A stretch of DNA of 49,267 nucleotides from Macrostomum lignano (taxonomy: Eukaryota): contig NIVC01004348.1 of the NCBI GenBank assembly GCA_002269645.1, forward strand, positions 1 through 49,267. The letters run 5' to 3'. Both the position numbers and the translations under genes were made by a program. Each line of letters begins with the position of its first letter. The first letter of the stretch is position 1. The notes beneath the pieces are model-generated. The model searched no databases and was not told where the DNA came from. It was given only the letters and a program-made list of their open reading frames with translations. This document shows positions 1-11,500 of the stretch, one piece after another.

Positions 1-1
1 G

Positions 2-761
2 CTTGATCCGAATATGCGACTGCTTCGATCGGCTAAGCCTCCCACAGTGCTTGAGTCATATCTTGAGCAGCGCCTAGCTAATTGGGTGCAATCAGCTGGC
101 AGTTCGGCGGAGAACTCTGACCACTGGCTTGTAGACGCGGATGAATGAGTTTGTTATTGAACAGATTGAAAAGGCTCGGGTCACAATGCGGGCCAGTCTA
201 AAATCGAAGATTAACAACTTGGACTGCATTATGCTTTACAAGCCGTCCAGCTTAATATTCGAATGCCTAGAGGACATTGTGTCTGAAGGAACGAAAATGC
301 CAGACGTTAGAATAATTTTATTGGATTCGCCGCCCAGCTGGGAAGGCCAGGCCTTTCTAAGAAGGCTACAGGGGCACAGGCTGCTGTCAAAGTGTCCAGT
401 CCGCTACGCGATGCTGTCTGCCGCGCCCAGTCTGTTGTCGGACACCAGCAAGCTGGTGCTGGAAGGCCAGGCTCTGACAGCTAATGGCAACGTGCTAGCG
501 CCAGTCGGCACCGCCTACCTGGCCAATGTTGCTTGGTCGCATCGGATTCCCTGTCTAGTATTGTGCCACGCCTGCCAGACCTGGGACCAGGTGCTAATTG
601 ACTCCGTATCCTACAATGAGCTGGGTCGAGTTAGTAGCGATAGCCAATTGTGCAATATTCAGTACGACTTGACGCCAGGCGATCTTGTCACAGCGCTAAT
701 TACGAGCGCGGGTTCTGCCCTGCACTGGGTCGCCGGTTCCGTCTCACTGAGGTTGAGCTAA
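2..761 (+). CDS. EIF2B4: Translation initiation factor eIF2B subunit delta-like, 5'-partial (runs off window start), no intron in the visible part, apparent +1 frameshift at ~139-140
   Basis: ORF 141-761 has IF-2B family C-terminal motifs (KINNLDCIMLY..SS, RIILLDSPPSWEG, ANGNVLAPVGTAYLA, YDLTPGDLVTALIT) matching eIF2B-delta order. Frame starting at base 2 is open to 145 (LDPNMRLLRSAKPP...SAGSSAE...LVDA) and resembles the preceding delta helix; deleting one G at 139-140 fuses the two frames. Confidence 0.75.
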
Positions 762-2317
762 TTATTTTTTAACTGTCATTCGTCTTATTAAGTTATTTTG
801 CATCATTATCCCATGGCAAGTATATTAGCGCAGGTAAACTTGCTAATCTACATGTGTTGTTGGTAACCGATGTGAATAATTGGCCTATGCTTCAGCCTTT
901 AATTAATTATTACGCAAAAAATGCTATTTTTCAGTCGTTCTGTGTTTGCTTATTTTTTGGATGTGGGGAATGAATTTCTGTAATTTTACTGTTTGTTGCG
1001 GAGAACAAAGGAATCGATGAGCGTCTTTAACTTCTTTCTCTGCACCTGATTCAGCCAATCACAGACTCTGAGAGGCCACGTATCCCGCTAAGTGATGAAA
1101 TGAGCTTACAGATTGCTGGACTTCTAACTAACTGTCTTAGTGATAAGCTACAGCTATTCCCTATAACCATCGCATGTTATCGTTGCATAAGGTTATATGG
1201 TTATTATTATTATTTATATCTAGTATGCGTTTCAGTCAGTGTAATTGCTTGCAATTTAATTGATGCAAAAAATTAAAAGCAAATAAAATTTCTACACACT
1301 GAGCTGACGAAACTGACGGATTGGAAAACAGTTTGTTCTTGAATAGGATATTAATGTGTCACATGTGTTCAAGCGTACGTGTATATGTTATTTTACTTCT
1401 AGATTAGTTGTAGAAGATAAGTTATCTAGGAGTTACGAGCGAAAGCGCATTAATTATCTACTTGCTCTACTTTTAGTAGTCTTATTGCAAGCACAAATTA
1501 ATTTATTTTAAATTTTCTTCGAGAAACAATTCGTAATTAGACGAGACTTAGAAGCTTTTTTTAATTTTTTAATTAAAGCAAATCCTTAACCATCTAATCA
1601 ACCTGTCGGTCATTGTTTCTCTTCCTAAAATCGGTTTACTGTTACGTGATCGCGTGGCAACTGCTCAGAAATTGCGCTCAAAAGAAGTAACAATTTCTCG
1701 CCAGGGTTTGCAACTTTTTCTTCTGTCGAGTGTAGCAAAATAAGTTCTCGTTTTGGTTCCGTTTGACGTCTAGCAGCTAGCTCGTACTCGTGAGTTTATC
1801 TTCCTTTGAAATTCAAAAGTTTCGAAGCTGTGCTGCTGTGTACTGAATGAGAATTATTGATTTTTGAGCGACAAGAAGTCGCTCAAAACCCCTGTTAATT
1901 TTTTCCCGTCCTAAGCATATTTTTAGCTCGCATAAATAAGCTGTCTCGAGTCGAGTCCTGTTCTTAAAGCTTAGCAGGTACATAACCGATAGTCTCTTGT
2001 CTCAATGTTGCGCAGTGCTTTCATTTCTGTTGCCTTTTAATTGCTCAGAAAGCTGTTTAATCCGTAATTTGATATGCATGCCTCTATGTGCAGGGCGGCA
2101 GAGAAAGATCGTGACATTGCATGCGCTCGCGTTTCGATCGATAGCTGCTATTAGTTGTCCTGCAAATTGTTGCCTGCCAGCTGCAACTGTGCTATTTGGC
2201 ATCATGTAATTTTTAGTGTTTTATAAGCTAGATTAAAACCGTAAACGTATGAGAGTTTTAATTGCGACCCTGGAGGGGTTTATCTGATTTTTCTCAAATC
2301 AAAATTAACACAATAAT

Positions 2318-2608
2318 TATAATTGATTACACCTGCCCTAATTAGGCCAGATGTGCAACCGACAGCTCAGCCGCAGCTATTGCGTGGCGCATCTGAAGGC
2401 TGCGTACGGCTGTTTAGTCCAAGGGGGGTCGCCACACACCCTCAATTACCCCAGCTAATGCTGGCACCCAATTTTACAGCTGGTGAACTTAAGCAATGCA
2501 GAGTTTAGTGTCTTGCTCAAAGACATATTGTTCAGTGGAATCGGAAATCGAACCCCCGACCTTCAAGTCGCGATCTTCCGACGCTCTAACCTCTAGGCTA
2601 CATCCCCT
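2318..2608 (-). mobile_element. tRNA-derived SINE with MIR/CORE-like central domain, copy 1
   Basis: Minus strand starts GGGGATGTAGCCTAGAGG (A-box-like, 2590-2600) and has B-box GGTTCGATTTC (2544-2554); plus strand CCCAATTTTACAGCTGGTGAACTTAAGCAATGCAGAGTTTAGTGTCTTGCTCAAAG resembles the MIR CORE; colinear with copy 2 at 6890-7180. Confidence 0.8.
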
Positions 2609-4050
2609 CTATTGTAGGAGTCTACTTAATCTGCTGTCTACAGAGAGTTCACTTGTTGCTATTGCTATATTTAGGAATTGGCTCGTCAATCTATCCTTCT
2701 CTAACCCGGCCGGAGCCAGGCTACAATCTGGACAGGAAAATTATAGCGCAGTCTTCGTGTATTCTTTGGTAAATTGCTGCTTATATAATATCCTATATCG
2801 TTATGATAAATGGTGTTTTTAGCAAAGAATGTATGGCTTAATTGCGACCCTGTCGGGGAAACTAAATGCAGCGGTTTCTTCTAATTAATTGTTCCCAGAG
2901 GGCATACAGTAGAATCAAAAAAGCCTAATGATTTGATTGCTGACCGCGTTGTTCTGCCTGGTCATCTTTTAAAGAAAACCCCCCGCGGTTCCAAGCGCCT
3001 GCAGTCTTTCAGCCAAGGCTTCCAGAGTTGAAACCATTAAGTAAATCATCTAGCAGATGCTTCATTTGATATGTTTTGGTGACTGGTAGGGTTTTCATGG
3101 AGCCCCGGGGCATTTAGATAAATAAAATGCCGATTCCAGGGGCTTGCTGTCTATTGCATTTCTCGCCTAAAGATATCACATTTAATGGTGAGCAACACAC
3201 TGGAGTCCTACGACAAGCAAACTGCATACATAATACCAGCGGAGATTCAGACGAATCTGTCCGTAAAAAATGAATGGTTGCGGCCCATAAGTATTACCAT
3301 GATCATTATCATTATCTATCAGTTCAGCTGCACATTATCTAGTGCATGACTCGAATGTGTTGCGCTAAAGTCTTCAAAATCGGCGATTATAGCGAGTCAT
3401 CAATGGCCACTCATCAGCGTTTTGTCGACTGCCTACTGACTGACGCTGGCGGCGACTCGTGGCTTCTTTTAAGAAATCTTTCGAATACACAGCACCCATC
3501 AAGATGCTAATTTCGAATGCTGACATATTTTAACTGCAAACAAAATATTCATATATTTAGACATCCTTAAACATCGGCTAATCAGTTTCATCTTTCATGC
3601 ATAGACCAAGCCATTGCTGTTTGAGTTTAGTCAAGCAGGGCCCGACAGTAGCCTATTGTCTTTGAAATTAATGGGTAACAGGTGGTAAACATTCCCCAAA
3701 AGGGCTATACTTGCTTTCCGTGTGCAGCTCAGAAAAGAATGCTTCACTGCGGCGCTGCCTATTTTGCTGAAGTGAAGGGCGTAATTATGCCAGACTATGG
3801 CTGCTGTGAGCATGCAGGCAGTCATTCGTTGACATCTGCAGGACCTCTTATGACTAACGTCGCTTCCCTGTCTCTGCAATAGTCTAACCTAGCTCGAATC
3901 CCGTGCAAGGCAACAGCAGAAATGATTGAAGAGTGTGGATCCCTGCTTTTCTACCTCAGCGGACGGGTATTAGGACTGTGACTTCTCCTTTTCAGAGTTG
4001 CTTCAAAAGGAATAAAAGTTATACTGTTACAGCTGCAGAAAGTTCAGCCT

Positions 4051-4216
4051 TAGGGGTGTTCGGGTCGGCCATTTTTTCGGGGTTCGGGGTTTACCCCGAA
4101 CCCGGTACCCCTACCCCGAACCCCGAACCCGACCCGGAACACCTACCCCGAACCCCGAACCCGGTACCAAAACCCGACCCGAAACCCGACCCGACCCCGA
4201 ACCCCGAACACCCCTA
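4051..4216. mobile_element. hAT-type MITE, 166 bp
   Basis: 14-bp perfect TIRs TAGGGGTGTTCGGG / CCCGAACACCCCTA; perfect 8-bp TSD TTCAGCCT at 4043-4050 and 4217-4224; interior made of CCCGAA/CCCGAC repeats. Confidence 0.9.
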
Positions 4217-5513
4217 TTCAGCCTACAGCTGTAGGTCTGAAACAAAGCCTCCATCCTCCATTTGACTCCACTTTGAGTTCGTTGTTATATTTTAATTCAC
4301 CGTCCCATTTCTGTACAAGTTTCACTTAGCTAGTAGAAAAAGTAATCTTAGCAAATAAAATAATGGGGGCAAAGTTTATCCAGGAGCGTCCCGATGGAGG
4401 ACGCGTGTTCAATGATGACTTTTGTTCCTTTTTTACAGGGTCATACAGATTTTAGCATCGGATTTAATGCCTAGCTTTTGGCTTCTGAAATGCGCCTAAA
4501 GTTCTTAACTTCTTTGGGCCAATGGAAAAACGTTGTATCATGATCATAGGTTAGGAAAGTTAAAAAGTTGCTGTTGTCCGTCAAACCCATCTTCTTACCT
4601 GTATATGCGATATTACGTTCGATAGTCTTTTTCAAACTTCGCCTGAGGTCTACGGACAGATTTCTTCACGGGTCAGTGGTCGCGCTGACCCTTTTTAGCA
4701 TAGCGTCACAAGCAGAGTTTTTTAGCTCCAATCTGGCGCTGCAGGCAACAACACTGAATATTGTATATTTATGAACACGCAATGTGCATTGCAGAAAGCA
4801 ATGAATTCCTTAAACTGGTTCTGGCTGAGGACTTGACTTAGAATCAAGGATATTAATACAGCCTCCCCCAGGCATTCATTTTGTGTACAGAGCCTAGCCA
4901 TTAATGACCATTGGGTGGCGAGTATTTTGGGCTTAAAAGTGCGCGCTGCAGGAAATACAATTTTACTTATTAAGGTTGCAGTTAAATCCCTCTGACGGCT
5001 TATCTGCCTCCGCCACCTATAGCAAGCAGTCGTTGCCATCCTGAAAAACGACTCAAGAAGTTCAACAAGCATCTCTCTTCCATGCTATTATGCAAATTCC
5101 TAATTTAGGCATGCAAGGCCTGATTTTCGTCATAGCTGAAGATGATAGGGAAGAGACGGAGTTGAACAGGGAGGCTGCAGAGAGACTGCATCTTTATCAT
5201 TGGCTATCGAGAAGATGGCCTCAGTGCTTTCTGCAGCACCTGCTGCGACTTTTTGCGCGGGCCACTAGTTTCGATGCGGCAATGCAGACTCCGAGGCTAC
5301 AGCGGCACAGAAACAAACGAAAATAGAACTGTTACATGCAGCTCAGCACTGTCATTGGCTGGCTCTGCGAGAGAGCAAAATGATGGACAGAGATGGTAAA
5401 TAAATGCGCTTGCTTTTAGTTCTCCCAGTGGTTCACTCTCACTTTCACTCCCTCTTAGCTACCTGAAAATCTGAGCTGATTACGGAAGGTCACCGCCGCG
5501 GTCAAGCCAAGAA

Positions 5514-8500
5514 ATGAGCAACGAAAACAGTCTCGACACTGGCAACGAGGCTGGAAGGTGAACCTAAAAAATTCAATACATTTCATTTTCAAACAACCGT
5601 TCTAATTGATTTTCAATGATGCTAATTATGTCAAACCTTTTGCAGCGAGGCGTCAACTTCCACATCGGCAACTGGGCAGGATGTTGATCAGCCGCCGCTC
5701 CAGCTGCCGCAACAGCGTATACAGCAACAGCAGCAGATTCAACAACAAGAACAACAGCAAGAACAGCAGCACCGGCCAAGCCTGGTCCTGCTTGAACCAG
5801 ACGAAGACTCGGAATGTTTTTACTCGTTTAACGATGAAACCGACAGGGAGAGTCTGCGCGAACGAGAGGACGTTCTAACATCGCCAGCCGTGTCCCCGGT
5901 GCCCTGGGCGCGGGAGATGTCGCCTGCGGCTGGGGGCAGGCGGACTGGTGCGTTCTGGCGCGGATGGGCACCTTGCATCGCTGTTTAGCATTTTCAATTG
6001 CCAAGCATGTTTACTTCTAGCTCAGTATTGACTTTTGAGTGACGCAACTTGCGCCACGCGACGCAGAGTTGGGCCGGGTGAGGAGGGATTGGGAAGAGCG
6101 GCGGGCGAATATTGGATGGATTGAAGCTTCCGCCCGGTTTTCATTGTTTTCTAAAGCATTTTTTGACAGTGACACTGCTCACTGGGAAGCTACTCGACCC
6201 TCGCAAATTGTGTGATTTTCATTGGAGGCCGGGTTTCGTTGCTATGAATCAGTGAGCTTCCGAAATGCTGTTAATGCTATTAGGCTTGGTTTAAGAGCTT
6301 CATAAACAAAAAAACGTTCATTAATTACAAAGCAAGTATCAGCTGTTCCATAGTGCGCATAACTGGCAGTGCCAAATTATTTATATCTTTGCATTTGCAT
6401 TCTAATAATAAGGAAAAGGTGTTTAGCGTCGAGTGAGTTATATGCTAGAGTGGTGTTGGCCTTGCTCAATACATTATGCCTTATGCAGAATACTTAGTGA
6501 GCTTTTAATATGCTTCAATTGCAGCACTGAACCAAGCGGAGTCAACAGTGCCGCTTCAGGTCAACTCCGGCCGCCAGTTTGTCACCCTTCAGGTGCCCAG
6601 CCTGCGGATTCCAGTGAGTGACTACATTACTTTCCAGGTATGGTTTTTGATTTAAAACAACTCAAACTACGACAGGCTTAAGGAAATTTTCAGTTTGAAT
6701 TTCACATCTTCAATCAATTCTACTTACCATAAGTAGGTCGTCGAGCGCATTGAAACCTACAGAACTCTGAAAGAGGCACGTATGTGCAGTTCGATGGCAC
6801 TGTTGCGTTGGTCTATCGTATTTTCCTACCTTAATAATACCAATAGTAATAACTTTTTGTACATGGGATGACTATAATTATCATTCTTATTATTAATTAA
6901 TAACACCTGCACCAAATGGGCCAGACGTGCAACCGACAGCTCAGCCGCAGCTATTGCGTGGCGCCTTTGAAGGCTGCGTACGGCTGCTCAGTCCAAGGAC
7001 TGGAGCATCACCACATATGCCCTGAATACCCCAACTAATGCTGGCACCCATTTTACAGCTGGGTGAACTGAGGCAACGCAGAGTTAAGTGTAATACAAAT
7101 TTTTCCAATGGGATCGGGAATCGAACCCCCGACCCTCAAGTCGTGATTCCGACTTTCTAACCACTAGACTACAACCCCCTCCACTAGGCTGCAACCCCTT
7201 CCATCAGGCTACAACCCTCTCCACTAGGCTACAACCCCCTCCACTAGGCTGCAACCCCTTCCATCAGGCTACAACCCTCTCCACTAGGCTACAACCCCCT
7301 CCACTAGGCTGCAACCCCTTCCATCAGGCTACAACCCTCTCCACTAGGCTACAACCCCCTCCACTAGGCTACAACCCCCACCATCAGGCTACAACCCCTC
7401 CACAAGGCTACAACCCCCACCATCAAGCTACAACCCTCTCCACTAGGCTACAACCCCTCCACTAGGCTACAACCCCCTCCATCAGGCTAGCTCGTACAAC
7501 CCCTCCATTAGGCTAGCTCGTACAACCCCCTCCATCAGGCTAGCTCGTACAACCCCCTCCATCAGGCTAGCTCGTACAACCCCTCCAGGCTACAACCCCC
7601 ACCATCAGGCTACAACCCCCTCCACTAGGCTGCAACCCCTTCCATCAGGCTACAACCCTCTCCACTAGGCTACAACCCCCTCCACTAGGCTACAACCCCC
7701 ACCATCAGGCTACAACCCCCTCCACAAGGCTACAACCCCACCATCAAGCTACAACCCTCTCCACTAGGCTACAACCCCTCCACTAGGCTACAACCCCTCC
7801 ATCAGGCTAGCTCGTACAACCCCTCCATCAGGCTAGCTCGTACAACCCCCTCCATCAGGCTAGCTCGTACAACCCCCTCCATCAGGCTAGCTCGTACAAC
7901 CCCTCCAGGCTACAACCCCCACCATCAGGCTACAACCCCCTCCACTAGGCTACAACTCCCACCATCAGGCTACAACCCTCTCCACTAGGCTACAACCCCC
8001 ACCATCAGGCTACAACCCCCACCATCAGGCTACAACCCTCTCCACTAGGCTACAACCCCCTCCACTAGGCTACAACCCCCACCATCAGGCTACAACCCTC
8101 TCCACTAGGTTACAACCCTCTCCACTGGCTCCAACCCCCTCCATCAGGCTAGCTCGTACAACCCCCTCCATCAGTTTACAACCCCCACCATCAGGCTACA
8201 ACCCCCTCCACTAGGCTACAACTCCCACCATCAGGCTACAACCCTCTCCACTAGGCTACAACCCCCTCCACTAGGCTACAACCCCCACCATCAGGCTACA
8301 ACCCTCTCCACTGAGCTACAACCCCCTCCATAAGGCTAGCTCGTACAAACCCCTCCATCAGGCTAGCTCGTACAACCCCCTCCATCAGGTAACAACCCCA
8401 CCATCAGGCTACTACCCCCTCCATCAGGCTAGCTCGTACAACTCCTTCATCAGGTTACAACCCCCACCATCAGGCTACAACCCCCTCCACTAGGCTACAA

Positions 8501-11500
8501 CCCCCACCATCAGGCTACAACCCTCTCCACTAGGCGACAACCCTCTCCACTAGGCGACAACCCTCTCCACTAGGCTACAACCCCTCCATCAGGCTAGCTC
8601 GTACAACCCCCTCCATCACGCTAGCTCGTACAACCCCCTCCATCAGGTTACAACCCTCACCATCAGGCTAAAACCCCCTCCACTAGGCTACAACTCCCAC
8701 CATCAGGCTACAACCCTCTCCACTAGGCTACAACCCCCTCCATCAGGCTAGCTCGTACAACCCTCATCAGGTTACAACCCCCACCATCAGGCTACAACCC
8801 CCTCCACTAGGCTACAACCCCACCATCAGGCTACAACCCTCTCCACTAGGCTACAACCCTCTCCACTAGGCGACAACCCTCTCCACTAGGCTACAACCCC
8901 TCCATCAGGCTAGCTCGTACAACCCCCTCCATCACGCTAGCTCGTACAACCCCCTCCATCAGGTTACAACCCTCACCATCAGGCTAAAACCCCCTCCACT
9001 AGGCTACAACTCCCACCATCAGGCTACAACCCTCTCCACTAGGCTACTACCCCCTCCATCAGGCTAGCTCGTACAACCCCCTCCATCAGGCTAGCTCGTA
9101 CAACCCCCTCCATCAGGCTTGCTCGTACAACCCCCTCCATCAGGCTACAACCCCCTCCATCAGGCTACAACCCCCTCCATCAGGCTACAACCCCTTTCCA
9201 CTAGGCTACAACCCCTCCACTAGGTTACAACCCCCTCCATCAGGCTACAACCCCCGCCATCAGGCTACAACCCCCTCCATCAGTCTACAACCCCCGCCAT
9301 CAGGCTACAACCCCTTTCCACTAGGCTACAACCCCTCCACTAGGCAGTACCCAATATAAATTATCCTATCTTAAAATCTAATAAGTTTTAGCAGGCTTCA
9401 TAATGTTTTACGTAATAGCGACTGCATGTGTGTGACCTTGGACAGGCGTAATGGCGTGCGAGTAAGCAACTAATGACATAAATGCATAACATGTATGCAA
9501 GCAGGTAAATCAATTAGACCTTCAGGAAAAGTATGCAATTAACCGCAATTTGGTGACTTTTTAATAAATTTTGTATCAAAATGCCTTCCAATTTCAAGTC
9601 TGAGCAAGATTAAGCTGAGCGAACCTGAGCTGGAATGTTTGGAGTATAGCTATAGGCTTGGCAAATGACTGCACTGCAGGTGGCCAATAGCCAATCATGA
9701 TTTATGCGGTCTCGCCAGCCTCAAATTTTTAACAAACAAGTTCCCGGATTCTACCGGGTATTGAGATGCTAACTCGAAGCGTCACTGAGCAGAGAGCCAT
9801 GCACTTCAGGCCAGATCAAGGCTGTCCAGTCCGCGTTGGCGGCAGGTTTCGAATGCTGAAGCGTACTCAGACGTGCACCAGGCAGGTATTCGGTCAGGAA
9901 TCCGCCCAGGTGAGGGGGACCAAATACGCCGATTCTCGATGTTCGACTCTGGGTTCGCGCACAAATATTTGTCAGCGTTTGATGTGTACGATTCACGTAT
10001 GAGGAACAAGCCCCAAGGCACAGAGTCTATACAGACCTGATGACGAGAAGTCAGGGCTGCTGTACAAGTGCAGCCTGCCTGCATACATATCCATGAGCTG
10101 AAACTGACCTGACTAAGGGAAACATCCGGTAACATTGTAACCTTGGGTGGCAGAGCAGCTCAGAGGTAAACGCGCCTGACTCTCGCGCCGCGACTCCTGG
10201 TTCGATTCCGTGCGCAAACACAATCATTTGAGGCTTGTGTGCACAAAATTGGCCAGCGGTTGTCGTGCGATTCACAGCCATGAGGCCCATCCCTCAAGGC
10301 GCAGAGAGTGTACATGCCTGACGACAAGAAGGTCAGGGCCGCTGTACACCCTGCGTGAGCCTGTGTATGAGTGCGCGCCTGCGTATGTGCTCAGAAGTCA
10401 GAGGAATGAGCAGAACTGCCAGTCAGCGCTGATTGTGAGACCATGTTGCATAGAAGGCGTTGCGCGCTCAAAATCCTGCAGAAATTACGATTTCATAATC
10501 AATATTGTTAATATTGTAACCTTATTACTAGAATGCGGATGTCAAAGGTCTTTTTATATATTTCCAATCTTAATAACGTTGAAGCGTATCTTTTAGCTCT
10601 ACAATTACTTTTAACAGGAAAAACTGTAAGTCAGAATAGAAATTTCACGCCCATTCGAGGGCATCAGCAATTACGAGCGTATAGGAACTTAATCAGAAAG
10701 TGGCAACATGCACCCGAGCCTGCAACTTGATGACTTCCTGTTTCGCACTCTGCATTCCAATTGAATTATGAGGAGAAAAAGAGGAAAATTGATCAGGCTC
10801 AACTAGCCAGAAAGAGTAAGTGAGGCGAAATGCTTCGCTCAACTTAAATTGGGATGAAGATTAAGAGGTGATAATACTTTCAGATTCACCACTGGGGTCG
10901 TGCGTAATAGACCGCATAAATTAGCGGAACAGGAGTCAGTCATCAGCAACTGGAAATGTACTTTTCCTGAACTATTTTGCTGCAGAATTGTCAATAAGGG
11001 TAGTCAATGAATAGTGGGCAAATACTGGCCCGTGTAAAGTGCAAAGCATTTAAGCATTTCGCGTCTGTAGAAGGAGCGAGCTTAAATATTATATTGCCAA
11101 TCATGGCTCATTTGCGCTTAAAAAGGTCGGCATTGTGTTTTTTTATAATTTTTTATTGTGTATCATTTTATTCTGTCTTTCATGACATTATAAAAAGTGA
11201 ATTCAATATTAAATGCCTGTTCGTTTTACTAATTATGTGGAAAATATTAGGCCTTAAACCAGGGTTCCGCAAAATTTTTTAACTCAAGGGCCAAATAGAG
11301 AACCTAGAGAATGCGGGCCGGAGGAGGGGAGAGAGGAGAGGAGAGAGGAGATGATAGAGAAGAGAAGACAGAAGAGGAGAGAGGAGAGGAGTTTGCCGGG
11401 CCGGAGTTTGCCAACCCATGTCTTAAACTGAGTGCCTATTATATTATAAATCGCATTTCACAGTCAGCATTTTTATTGGCGAAATATCGAGAAACTCCAT

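Noticed and set aside
2535-2608. tRNA gene calls at SINE heads (also 7110-7180, 10150-10215)
   Set aside because: A/B boxes present but acceptor and anticodon stems do not pair properly and each continues into a repeat body.
3933-4265. Pro-rich ORF (PEPGTPTPNP...)
   Set aside because: Produced by reading through the hAT MITE.
4570-5330. Exon-like segments and short ORFs around the RhoGEF promoter
   Set aside because: The best splice-bounded minus-strand segment has stops in all three frames and the ORFs have no recognisable homology.
7161-9345. CRISPR-like appearance of the long repeat arrays (also 14411-14905, 40768-41266)
   Set aside because: Units are contiguous with no unique spacers, no cas genes, eukaryotic context.
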